Positions 16,301 to 25,177 of a stretch of 32,000 nucleotides of DNA are shown here, piece after piece. The notes under the pieces were generated by a model. That model searched no databases. It saw nothing but the letters and a program-made list of their open reading frames with translations, and had not been told where the DNA came from. The stretch is from Haloferax volcanii DS2 (lineage in GTDB: Archaea > Halobacteriota > Halobacteria > Halobacteriales > Haloferacaceae). The position numbers and the translations under genes were made by a program. The DNA lies in NCBI RefSeq assembly GCF_000025685.1, contig NC_013967.1, positions 1,410,001-1,442,000 of the forward strand, written 5' to 3'. Every line of letters begins with the position of its first letter. Within the stretch, counting starts at the first letter, position 1.

Positions 16301-17275
16301 ATGACGAACGACGACTCCGACGGAATGACCTACGCCGACGCGGGCGTCGACATCGAAGCGAGCGAGGCCGCGACCGCCGCGCTCGTCGCACAGGTCGGCG
16401 GCGGGTCGGGCGACTACGCCGGCCTGCTCGACATCGGCGACCGCTACCTCGGACTCGCCACCGACGGCGTCGGAACCAAACTGCTCGTCGCCGAGGCGCT
16501 CGACGACTACTCGACGGTCGGCATCGACTGCATCGCCATGAACGCCAACGACCTCGTCGCGGCCGGCGTTCGGCCCGTCGCGTTCGTGGACTACCTCGCG
16601 GTCGACGCCCCCGACGAGACGTTCGCCGAGCAGGTCGGACAGGGCCTCGCCGCGGGCGCAGAGGAGGCCGACATCGAACTCGTCGGCGGCGAAACCGCCG
16701 TCATGCCCGAGGTCATCAACGGCCTCGACCTCGCGGGCACCTGCGCGGGACTGGCGAAGAAAGACGCCATCTTCCCGGGCGAGGCCGAGGAAGGCGACGC
16801 GCTCGTCGGCTTCCCGTCGTCCGGCATCCACTCGAACGGTCTCACGCTCGCCCGCAAGGCCGCGACGGCCGACGGCGACTACGACGACGACTGGGACGGC
16901 GACGACTACGACACCGTCGGCGAGGCGCTCCTCGAACCGACGCGGCTCTACACCTACCTGCTCGACGACCTGCGCGCCGCCGAGACCAACGCCGCGGCCC
17001 ACGTCACCGGCGGCGGGTGGACCAACCTCGAACGCATGGGCGAGTTCCGCTACGTCGTCGACGACGCGTTCGACCCGCAACCGGTGTTCGAGTTCGTCCA
17101 AGAACGCGGCGGCGTCTCCGACGAGGAGATGCACACGACGTTCAACATGGGCACCGGCTTCGTCGCCGCGGTTCCCGAGGAGAACGCCGAGGCGCTCGTC
17201 GAGGCGACCGACAGCCGCGTCATCGGGCGCGTCGAGGCGGGCGACGGCGTCTCGATTCGCGGCCTCGACCTCTGA
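16301..17275 (+). CDS. purM: Phosphoribosylformylglycinamidine cyclo-ligase (AIR synthetase)
   Basis: 324 aa with MTYADAGVDIEASEAA, GTDGVGTKL, DCIAMNANDLV and SSGIHSNGLTLARK. Confidence 0.95.
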   Translation: MTNDDSDGMTYADAGVDIEASEAATAALVAQVGGGSGDYAGLLDIGDRYLGLATDGVGTKLLVAEALDDYSTVGIDCIAMNANDLVAAGVRPVAFVDYLAVDAPDETFAEQVGQGLAAGAEEADIELVGGETAVMPEVINGLDLAGTCAGLAKKDAIFPGEAEEGDALVGFPSSGIHSNGLTLARKAATADGDYDDDWDGDDYDTVGEALLEPTRLYTYLLDDLRAAETNAAAHVTGGGWTNLERMGEFRYVVDDAFDPQPVFEFVQERGGVSDEEMHTTFNMGTGFVAAVPEENAEALVEATDSRVIGRVEAGDGVSIRGLDL

Positions 17276-17347
17276 ACGCGGACTGCTCGTTGAGTCGAAC
17301 TGTTCGATGAGAAGCACTATTTTATCGATGTTCGCCATAGTGGTGGT

Positions 17348-18652
17348 GTGACTTCACCGCCACCGACTCCGAGCGGCCTCCCGCTCGTGGGCCACACCGT
17401 CGGCTTCGCGGCCGACCCGTTCGGCTTCGTCGCCGACCTCCTCGCGGACCACGGCGTCGAGGACGCGGTCGGACTCGACGTGGTGGGGATGGACGAGCTG
17501 TACGTCCTCGCCCACCCCGACCATTTCGAGCGGGCGTTCGTGACCGACCGCGACTCAATCGTCAAGGGCGGCGAGTTCGAGGCCGCCTTCGGCGACGCCA
17601 TCATCGCCGCCGAAGGCGACGAGTGGCGGCGACAGCGCGACGAGCTAGACCCCTTCTTCCGCTGGGACCGGGTCGACGACTACGCGTCCGTGATGCGCCG
17701 ACAGGTCGAGCGCCGCCTGCGGACGTGGCCCGACGCGGGAACGCTGTCGCTCGAATCCGAGATGAAGGCGGTCACCTTGGACATCATCTTCGCCACCATC
17801 CTCGGTCGGGAACTCGACCGCGACGGCGACGAGCGGATTCGGTCGGCCGCCGACGGTCTCAACGGCCGCTTCGCGCCCGCGTCGTGGGTGCTGCCGTCGT
17901 GGGTGCCGACGCCGAGTCGACGCCGGTTCGACCGCGCCGACCGCGTCCTCCGCGAGGAGGTCCGAGAACTGGTCGAGACCGCCGACGACGAGAGCCTCAC
18001 GCGCCGCCTCGCAGACGCGCTCGGAACCGACGCAGACTACCCGACGACCGTCGAGTCGCTGGAGAACCAGCTCGTGGGCATGATTTTCGCCGGCCACGAG
18101 ACGACCGCGCTCGCGCTCACCTACGCGCTGTACCTGCTCGCGACCCACCCCGAGACCCGCGAGCGCGCCACCGCCGAGGTCGACCGCGTCGTCGGCGACG
18201 GCCCCGTGACCGCCGAGGCGACCCGGGAGCTTCCGGTGCTCGAACGCGTCATCAAGGAGACGATTCGGCTCTATCCGCCGGTCCACACGCTCCCGCGAGA
18301 GACGGCGAAACCGTTTCCGACCGGCGACCGGGTCATCCCGGCGGGCACGGACATCCACCTCTCGATCATCCGCATCCACCGCGACGAGCGGTGGTACGAC
18401 GACCCGCTCGCGTTCCGGCCCGAGCGATGGGACGACGACACCGACCGACCCGCCTACGCCTATCTCCCCTTCGGGGCCGGACCGCGGAGCTGTCTCGGGC
18501 GAGCGTTCGCGCTCACGGAGGCGAAAATCGTGCTCGCGACCGTCCTCCGCGACTTCGACCTCGACTGGGGCGGCGACGGAGCGTTAGCAATCACGCCCGA
18601 AATGACGACCCAGCCGAAGGGAGAAACGCCGCTCGTCGTCCGGCGGCAGTGA
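17348..18652 (+). CDS. Cytochrome P450
   Basis: 434 aa with the heme-thiolate loop FGAGPRSCLGRAFA, the I-helix FAGHETTA, the ExxR motif ETIR and an N-terminal PPTPSGLPLVGH. GTG start; ATTTTATC lies about 24 nt upstream. Confidence 0.9.
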   Translation: MTSPPPTPSGLPLVGHTVGFAADPFGFVADLLADHGVEDAVGLDVVGMDELYVLAHPDHFERAFVTDRDSIVKGGEFEAAFGDAIIAAEGDEWRRQRDELDPFFRWDRVDDYASVMRRQVERRLRTWPDAGTLSLESEMKAVTLDIIFATILGRELDRDGDERIRSAADGLNGRFAPASWVLPSWVPTPSRRRFDRADRVLREEVRELVETADDESLTRRLADALGTDADYPTTVESLENQLVGMIFAGHETTALALTYALYLLATHPETRERATAEVDRVVGDGPVTAEATRELPVLERVIKETIRLYPPVHTLPRETAKPFPTGDRVIPAGTDIHLSIIRIHRDERWYDDPLAFRPERWDDDTDRPAYAYLPFGAGPRSCLGRAFALTEAKIVLATVLRDFDLDWGGDGALAITPEMTTQPKGETPLVVRRQ

Positions 18653-18700
18653 GTCCGCAGCGGCGGGCTGTCGGGGACCGACCGTCGGTTCGGGGCCGCC

Positions 18701-19240
18701 TCAGATGTGGGCCGCGATGTCGGCCTCGGTGATGATACCGACCGTCTCGCCGCTCTCGACGACGATGATGGCCGAGTTGTGGTCGAGGTAGACGCCGATT
18801 TCGTCCAGCGTCGTCTCGGGTTCGACGGTCGTGACGCCCTCGGACATGACCTCGTTGACGGGGCGGTCGGTGACGTCGTCCTCCTGGACGTGGCGGATGT
18901 CGGCGTTCGAGATGATGCCGAGCGGGCGGCCGTTCTCGATGACGGGCAACTGCGAGAAGCCGGCGTCGAGCATGATGTCGCGCGCCTCGCGGACGGAGTT
19001 GTCGGGGGCGACGCTCCGGACGGTCGTGTTCATGATGTCTTCCGCGCGCACGATGCGACCCTCGGCCTCGTCCAGCGCCTCGACGATGCGCCGGAGCGTC
19101 GAGAGGCGCGGGTCGACGTCGCCGCCTTCGATGCGGGCGATGAGCGGCTGTGAGACACCGGCCATGTCGGCGAGTTTGCTCTGCGTCAACTCCAAGGAGT
19201 TCCGCCGTTCCCTGAGGTCCTGCGGCGTGGGGAGTTCCAT
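18701..19240 (-). CDS. Transcription regulator, XRE-type HTH fused to a CBS domain pair
   Basis: 179 aa from MELPTPQDLRERRNSLELTQSKLADMAGVSQPLIARIEGG (HTH), followed by two CBS repeats (VRSVAPDNSVREARDIM...; VTTVEPETTLDEIGVYL...). The ORF-track extension to 19504 is Ser/Thr/Arg-rich and overlaps the next gene. Confidence 0.85.
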   Translation of the reverse strand: MELPTPQDLRERRNSLELTQSKLADMAGVSQPLIARIEGGDVDPRLSTLRRIVEALDEAEGRIVRAEDIMNTTVRSVAPDNSVREARDIMLDAGFSQLPVIENGRPLGIISNADIRHVQEDDVTDRPVNEVMSEGVTTVEPETTLDEIGVYLDHNSAIIVVESGETVGIITEADIAAHI

Positions 19241-19307
19241 GCCGGAGTGATAACCCGTAGTTATGAAAAAGTGTTCCGGTCGCTCACCGGAGATGGGAGT
19301 CGCCGCG

Positions 19308-19667
19308 TTACTGCTCTTCGTCGGAGTCGAACTCGCGGATGTCGATGACGTCGAGAGGAACGTCGCGGAGCGCGCCGCCGACCTCGCTTTTGGCGATGCG
19401 GGAGGCGTGCTTCTCGCCGTCCGCGTTGAAAATCTTGATTTCGAGGAGCAGGCCGACGAGCGCGGTGTTGGCCGCGATGAACGCGGAGTCGAACGGTTCG
19501 CCACAGGCGGGACAGGGCGTCGCGCCGACTTCGACCTCGACGTACTCCTTGTCCTTCTGGTTGAGTCGCTTGCCGGCCTCGCTGACCGCGACGCCGATGG
19601 CGTCGTCGATGTCTTCTACGTCCCGGACCAACCAGGCCGCCTCCATCGCGACGAGATAGTTGCTCAT
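19308..19667 (-). CDS. UPF0212/DUF555-family protein (conserved archaeal, unknown function)
   Basis: 119 aa from MSNYLVAMEAAWLVRDVEDIDDAIGVAVSEAGKRL, with a CPACGE knuckle. Resembles the euryarchaeal UPF0212 family as I recall it. Confidence 0.72.
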   Translation of the reverse strand: MSNYLVAMEAAWLVRDVEDIDDAIGVAVSEAGKRLNQKDKEYVEVEVGATPCPACGEPFDSAFIAANTALVGLLLEIKIFNADGEKHASRIAKSEVGGALRDVPLDVIDIREFDSDEEQ

Positions 19668-20024
19668 ACATACGTTACGCGCCGGTGGGGTTTCGTGTCT
19701 TGTGGTTCGAGTGTCGGGGCGCGTGGGATTCACACGCCCGACGCGCGCACCGACCGCGACGCGACCGAATCCGCGATGCGTCCGAATTCGCGACGCTCCC
19801 GCCGCCCGACCGGGGCGCGCACGACCCGCGCATGCCACGGTGATTATCGCTATAACTTATAGAAAAGCACTCCGCGGGTCACGCGCGACCCACGCCGAAT
19901 AGTCGGCCTAGTTGGTCTAGAGACAAGTACGCTTTAATCGACAGACAGCGTCGGGGTGTTCCGCGTCGGATTGAGAGAAGATTTATATACTGGCACCGCC
20001 CGAGCCTCGACTGAGGACACGGTG

Positions 20025-20198
20025 ATGATTCCCCGCCTAACCAAGTACGTCCTGTTCGCCGCCTACCAGCTATCGGTCGCGATGGGCATCGCGCTGCTCC
20101 CCGTCGCGCTCGCCGCCCGTCGGATGGGCGTGACCCTGCCGATTCGCCGGCTCGTGGAGACGACCGGAACCGCCTACGAACGCGCCGCGGGTCGCTAA
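20025..20198 (+). CDS. Small hypothetical membrane protein (57 aa)
   Basis: MIPRLTKYVLFAAYQLSVAMGIALLPVALAARR... has one or two hydrophobic helices. A strong GATTTATATAC (19980-19990) lies about 35-40 nt upstream. GC3-rich codons. Confidence 0.5.
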   Translation: MIPRLTKYVLFAAYQLSVAMGIALLPVALAARRMGVTLPIRRLVETTGTAYERAAGR

Positions 20199-20314
20199 CG
20201 CGACTCGGGCGACTCCCTCCTTCCGACGCCGCTCACCGCGAGCGACCGCCTCGCGCGGCCGCTGCCGACGCGCGTCTGACGCTTTGGCACCGGCAACGGA
20301 GAGGTGAAGGGTTG

Positions 20315-20322
20315 CATTTATC
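20315..20322 (+). promoter_or_regulatory. TATA box of psmB
   Basis: CATTTATC is centred 28 nt upstream of ATG 20347. Confidence 0.55.
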
Positions 20323-20346
20323 AGCGCCGAAGTGCAATCGGAGACA

Positions 20347-21078
20347 ATGCGTACCCCGACTCACGACGAGTTCTCCGGCCGTCTCGACTCGCTGAACGGC
20401 GACCGCTCGAACGTGTTCGGCCCCGAGCTCGGCGAGTTCTCGAACGCCGACCGCCGCGCCGACGAACTCGGTGACAAAGAGACGAAGACCGGAACGACCA
20501 CCGTCGGTATCAAGACCGAAGAGGGCGTCGTCCTCGCGACCGATATGCGCGCGAGCATGGGCTACATGGTCTCCTCGAAGGACGTCCAGAAGGTCGAAGA
20601 GATTCACCCGACGGGCGCGCTGACCATCGCCGGCTCCGTCTCGGCCGCCCAGTCGCTCATCAGCTCCCTCCGCGCCGAGGTCCGCCTGTACGAGGCCCGC
20701 CGCGGCGAGGACATGAGCATGCAGGCGCTGTCGACGCTCGTCGGCAACTTCCTCCGCTCGGGCGGGTTCTACGTCGTCCAGCCCATCCTCGGCGGCGTCG
20801 ACGAGACCGGCCCGCACATTTACAGCATCGACCCCGCCGGCTCCATCCTCGAAGAGGAGTACACCGTCACCGGCTCCGGCAGCCAGTACGCCCTCGGTGT
20901 GCTCGAACAGGAGTTCGAAGACGGCCTCAGCATCGAGGAGGCGAAGGGAGTCGCCACGAAGGCCATCCGCTCGGCGGTCGAGCGCGACCTCGCCTCGGGT
21001 AACGGCATCAACATCGCCGTCGTCACCGAGGATGGCGTCGACATCCAGCGCCACCAGAACTTCGAAGGCCTCGAATAA
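20347..21078 (+). CDS. psmB: Proteasome subunit beta (with propeptide)
   Basis: 243 aa from MRTPTHDEF. The active-site Thr context is KTGTTTVGIKTEEGVVLATDMRAS. TATA spacing favours ATG 20347 over the upstream GTG at 20332. Confidence 0.95.
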   Translation: MRTPTHDEFSGRLDSLNGDRSNVFGPELGEFSNADRRADELGDKETKTGTTTVGIKTEEGVVLATDMRASMGYMVSSKDVQKVEEIHPTGALTIAGSVSAAQSLISSLRAEVRLYEARRGEDMSMQALSTLVGNFLRSGGFYVVQPILGGVDETGPHIYSIDPAGSILEEEYTVTGSGSQYALGVLEQEFEDGLSIEEAKGVATKAIRSAVERDLASGNGINIAVVTEDGVDIQRHQNFEGLE

Positions 21079-21218
21079 GTCGCCCGCAGTCGGCGGTTTC
21101 TCTCCATTTTCGCGATTCGTGACCGGCGGGACTGACCGGAACTCCCGCGGTGGGAGCCCCGCGACGAAACCGCCGTAACGGAGCCCCGCGACGAAATCCC
21201 CGCGGCCGAATCCCTCGC

Positions 21219-21596
21219 TCAGTCGCCGCCCGGAAGCGGCCGCAAGAGCCCGTACCACGCCCGGTAGACGACCACGCCGAGGACACGTCCGAAGCCGAGG
21301 CTGTACGTGAACGACTCGGTGCGGGGAAGCAGTCGGCGCTCGACCGCGAGGCCGACGAGGCTGACGACCAGCCCGCGACGCCGATTCGACCGAACCTTCC
21401 AGCAATCGCGGTCGTACGCCCACACCTGTCCGACTCCCCACGCTCCGCCGACGGCCAGTCCGCCCGGCGACAGCGGCGTCGGCTCGTGGGACTCGTCGTC
21501 ACTGGAGCGGAGCAGACGGCGCATCGACACCATCCAGAGCGCGGTGAGAACTGCGATGCCGAGTTGAGCGACCGCTTTCGTCCGACGGGAGACCAT
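21219..21596 (-). CDS. Hypothetical membrane protein (125 aa)
   Basis: GC3-rich codons throughout, 2-3 hydrophobic segments, Trp/Arg-rich. GAAATAACTATTAC lies about 30 nt upstream on the minus strand. No domain recognised. Confidence 0.5.
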   Translation of the reverse strand: MVSRRTKAVAQLGIAVLTALWMVSMRRLLRSSDDESHEPTPLSPGGLAVGGAWGVGQVWAYDRDCWKVRSNRRRGLVVSLVGLAVERRLLPRTESFTYSLGFGRVLGVVVYRAWYGLLRPLPGGD

Positions 21597-21707
21597 ACGC
21601 GGTCTTCGCGGGACGCAGTAATAGTTATTTCTCCGACAAGACGTGAGAGCGTCGGCGGCCGGCGAGCACGGCCGCGAGCGTCGTCGCGGACGCGGGCGCT
21701 CGCGCCG

Positions 21708-23237
21708 TCAGAACCAGTCCGAGAACGCGCCTTCGAGCAGCGATTCGGACTGCCGTTCGACGTACTCGCGTTGCATCTCGCGGAGCGCCGCCCCGAAGTC
21801 GCCGCCGCCGTCGAGGGCGTCGCTGACGCGGGCGCGCTTCCAGTCGGCCGGCGTGACGCCCGTCTCGACGCGCTTTCGCAGGGGTTCGAGATAGTAGTTG
21901 GCCTCCTCCTCGGAACAGCCCGCGAGCCGAAGCCCGTCGCGGGCGTGGACGAGCAGGTCCTCGTAGAGCTCCGCGCCGGTCACGTCGTCGCCGTCGACGT
22001 CTATCCACCGTAGGTCGCCGTGCGGCCCCTCGCGCATCGCGGTGTAGAAGTTCTCTTCGGCGGTCTCCCAGTCGAGGCCGATGACGGGATGGTCGAGTCG
22101 AGGGAGCCGTTCCATGAGCCCGGCGAAGGCCGCCTGGAACGCCACCGAGTCGCGGACGGTCGGCTGGCCCGCGATGGGTCGGAACTCGATGCGGGCGTTG
22201 GCCGACGACCGGGACGCGCCGTCGAACACCGGGCGGACCCACCGCCAGTAGGTGCCGTGTTTCCGGCGGAGCGTGGCGAAGTCGTCGTCGAAGCGGTCGC
22301 CGCGTTCGACCGACATGGGGACCATCGTGGAGTCCTCGACGACGCGGTCGACCGCGTCCTCGACGGTGTCGAGGTCGCCGGGGAAGGCGACCTTCTCGTG
22401 GTCGCCGGAGTTGAGCACCGACTCGAACACCGCGATGCGGTTTTCGTCCCACCCGTCGTCGAGAATTTCGTCGGCCGTCGCGTCCTCGTCGTAGAGGTCT
22501 GCGGGGAAGAACGGGGAGTTGACGCCGAGCGCGAGCAGCGGCCCGGCGACCCGCAGCGCGTAGTTGAAGTGGTACGACAGGTCGTCGGCGTGCGGGACCT
22601 GATAGTGCGGCTGGATGGACGTGATGAGCGCCTCGGGCATCACGGTGTCCGCTTTCAGCGAGACGTGCGGCGCGTCGAGCGTGAACGACGCCGGGGCGGT
22701 CGGCCCGTTCGCCATCGCGTGGTAGCGCACGGAGTTGCTCATGTTCGTGGCGAGGCGGACGCCTCCGTCGGTGATGGAGTCGGTCAGATACTCGCGGGCG
22801 CTCTCGCCGGCCGGCGGGATGCTCCACATCCCATCGGAGACGAGGCGCATCCCCTCGGCGGCGGCGCAGTCGAGCGCGGCGTCGAGTCGGGCGCGGACCT
22901 CGGATTCCTGCGCGCGGAGGCCGTGGGGGTTCAGCGGCTGGGGGCTCGTGGTCATCTCGGCGTTGTGGAGTCCGAGTTCCTTCTCGAAGCCCATGAGGCC
23001 GAGCAGGCGGCGCGGGACCCGCATGAGCGCGTGCACGTCGTCTTCGCTCGCGGACCAGCGACCGTCGGAGACGGCGTAGAACTCGTACTCCAAGCCGACG
23101 ATTGACTGGTGGTTATCGAAGGTCCCCTCGCGCAGTTCGCGCTTGAGCACCTCGGCGTCGGCTTTCGCTTGCGCTTCGAACTCGGCCGCGTCGACCGCGA
23201 GCACGTCTTCGACGCGCTCTGCGAGGTCGTCGCTCAT
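21708..23237 (-). CDS. Glutamate--cysteine ligase family 2 (GCS2-like carboxylate-amine ligase) protein
   Basis: 509 aa from MSDDLAERVEDVL. GCS2-like blocks are present: IVGLEYEFYAV, ELGLHNAEMTTSP, LALGVNSPFFPA, ENRIAVFE. The ORF-track extension to 23558 overlaps ligA and is compositionally non-coding. Confidence 0.75.
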   Translation of the reverse strand: MSDDLAERVEDVLAVDAAEFEAQAKADAEVLKRELREGTFDNHQSIVGLEYEFYAVSDGRWSASEDDVHALMRVPRRLLGLMGFEKELGLHNAEMTTSPQPLNPHGLRAQESEVRARLDAALDCAAAEGMRLVSDGMWSIPPAGESAREYLTDSITDGGVRLATNMSNSVRYHAMANGPTAPASFTLDAPHVSLKADTVMPEALITSIQPHYQVPHADDLSYHFNYALRVAGPLLALGVNSPFFPADLYDEDATADEILDDGWDENRIAVFESVLNSGDHEKVAFPGDLDTVEDAVDRVVEDSTMVPMSVERGDRFDDDFATLRRKHGTYWRWVRPVFDGASRSSANARIEFRPIAGQPTVRDSVAFQAAFAGLMERLPRLDHPVIGLDWETAEENFYTAMREGPHGDLRWIDVDGDDVTGAELYEDLLVHARDGLRLAGCSEEEANYYLEPLRKRVETGVTPADWKRARVSDALDGGGDFGAALREMQREYVERQSESLLEGAFSDWF

Positions 23238-23355
23238 ACCCGGCGTTCTGGCGTCGAACGCCTTCAACTTCCCGGCACTCCGGACGTTCGACAGCGAATC
23301 ACATCCCCGACGACTGTCGAGACGCTTTTGCCCCGCGCGGCGATACCCACGGACG

Positions 23356-25113
23356 ATGCAGTTCGCCGAGTTCGCCGCCCGCGCCGCCGAGATAGAAGCC
23401 GAGCCAGCGGACCTCGCGGTCGTCTCGCTCCTCTCAGACCTCTTTTCGGACGCCGGCGACGACCTCCCGACGGTCGCCCGGTTCGTCCAAGGTCGCGTCT
23501 TCCCTGCGTGGGACTCGACCACGCTCGACATCGGCCCGCGGCTCTGCCACGAGGCCATCGCCCGCGCCGCCGGCCCGAACGTCTCCGCCGACGACGTGGA
23601 AGACCGCCTCGCCGACCGCGGCGAAATCGGCGCGGTCGCCGCGAGCTACGACTTCGGCGGCCAGCGCGGCCTCGCCGCCTTCGGCTCGGGCGAACAGGAC
23701 GGCCTGACCGTCGCCGAAGTCGATTCGGAGCTCCGCGCCCTCGCGGCCGCCTCCGGCTCCGGCAGCGAGGAGACGAAGCTCAAGACGCTCTACGGCCTGT
23801 TCAACCGGACCGACCCCGACGAGGCGCGCTTCCTCGCGCGGCTCGTCCTCTCCGAGATGCGCATCGGCGTCGGTGAGGGAACCGTCCGCGACGCCGTCGC
23901 GGAGGCGTTCTTGGTCGCCCCCGCGGACGCCGCCGCCATCCGCGACGACGACGCCGACGCGGAGACCGAAGCCGCCGCCCGCGAGCGCAGAAACGAGGCC
24001 ATCGCCGCCGTCGCCCGCGCCTTGCAGGTGTCGAACGACTACGGCATGGTCGCCGGACTCGCCCGCGACGAGGGCGAAGCCGGACTCGACGGGGTTCGCC
24101 TCGAAGTGGGCCGCCCCGTGCAAGCGATGCTGGCACAGGCCGGCACCGCCGCCGACGCGCTCGGCGAGTGGGGAACCGCCGCGGTCGAGACCAAGTTCGA
24201 CGGCGCGCGCGTGCAGGTCCACCGCGACGCCGACGGCGAGGTGTCGCTGTTTTCGCGCAACATGGAGGACGTGACCGACGCGCTCCCCGAGGTGGTCGAG
24301 TTCGTCGCCGGCGCGGTCGACGACCCCGTCATCCTCGACGGCGAGGTCGTGGCGATGGACGACGGCGGCGAGCCCCTGCCGTTTCAGGAGATTCTCCGTC
24401 GCTTCCGCCGAAAACACGACGTAGACCGGATGCGCGAGGAGGTCCGGGTCGAACTCCGGGCGTTCGACTGCCTGCACGCCGCCGGCGACGACCTCCTGGC
24501 CGACCCGCTTGCCGCCCGCCACGACCGACTGACCGCGCTCCTCGGTGACGACTCACCGGCCGTCTCGGACCTGCTCCTCTCGGACGACCCCGACGAAATC
24601 GCCGCCTACGAGGCCGACGCCCTCGACGCCGGCCACGAGGGTATCATGCTGAAGAACCCCGACGCGCCGTACTCGCCGGGCGACCGCGGGAAGAACTGGC
24701 TGAAGCGCAAGCCCGACGTGGAGACGCTGGACCTCGTCGTCACCGGCGCGGAGTGGGGCGAGGGTCGCCGCGCGGAGTTCCTCGGGACGTTCCTGCTTTC
24801 GGCCCGCGTCGAAGCCGAGTCCGGGGACGACGCCTTCGAGACCATCGGCAAGGTCGCCACGGGCATCACCGACGAGGAGTTGGCCGAGTTGACCGACCTC
24901 CTCGAACCCGAAATCGAACGCGAGGCGGGCAAGGAGGTCGACATCCGCCCGTCGGTCGTCTTCGAAGTCGGCTACGAGGAGATTCAGACCTCGCCGACGT
25001 ACTCCTCGGGCTACGCGCTTCGGTTCCCGCGGTTCGTCACCGTCCGCGAGGACAAGACCGCCGAGACGGCCGACTCGCTGGACCGCGTGGAGCGACTGGC
25101 CGACTCGCAGTGA
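23356..25113 (+). CDS. ligA: ATP-dependent DNA ligase
   Basis: 585 aa from MQFAEFAARAAEIEAE. It has the adenylation motif ETKFDGARVQVH, plus EGIMLK, WLKRKP and a C-terminal OB-fold region. GCTTTTGC lies 27 nt upstream of the ATG. Confidence 0.95.
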   Translation: MQFAEFAARAAEIEAEPADLAVVSLLSDLFSDAGDDLPTVARFVQGRVFPAWDSTTLDIGPRLCHEAIARAAGPNVSADDVEDRLADRGEIGAVAASYDFGGQRGLAAFGSGEQDGLTVAEVDSELRALAAASGSGSEETKLKTLYGLFNRTDPDEARFLARLVLSEMRIGVGEGTVRDAVAEAFLVAPADAAAIRDDDADAETEAAARERRNEAIAAVARALQVSNDYGMVAGLARDEGEAGLDGVRLEVGRPVQAMLAQAGTAADALGEWGTAAVETKFDGARVQVHRDADGEVSLFSRNMEDVTDALPEVVEFVAGAVDDPVILDGEVVAMDDGGEPLPFQEILRRFRRKHDVDRMREEVRVELRAFDCLHAAGDDLLADPLAARHDRLTALLGDDSPAVSDLLLSDDPDEIAAYEADALDAGHEGIMLKNPDAPYSPGDRGKNWLKRKPDVETLDLVVTGAEWGEGRRAEFLGTFLLSARVEAESGDDAFETIGKVATGITDEELAELTDLLEPEIEREAGKEVDIRPSVVFEVGYEEIQTSPTYSSGYALRFPRFVTVREDKTAETADSLDRVERLADSQ

Positions 25114-25177
25114 GCGACGCTCGCGGCGGGTCGCGCCCAAAGAGATATACTGTGCTAAAATCCACAGGTTCACACAA

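Noticed and set aside
16081-16302. 73-aa minus-strand ORF upstream of purM
   Set aside because: Its start overlaps the purM start codon and promoter. The product is Arg/Pro/Thr-rich, codon bias is poor in the A/T-rich part, and there is no promoter of its own.
19905-19922. tRNA-like D-arm string GGCCTAGTTGGTCTAGAG
   Set aside because: The surrounding sequence offers no acceptor stem, no anticodon stem-loop of correct geometry and no GTTCRAATC-type T-loop. The CTAG/CTAG stem would enclose only a 5-nt loop. It is not a tRNA.
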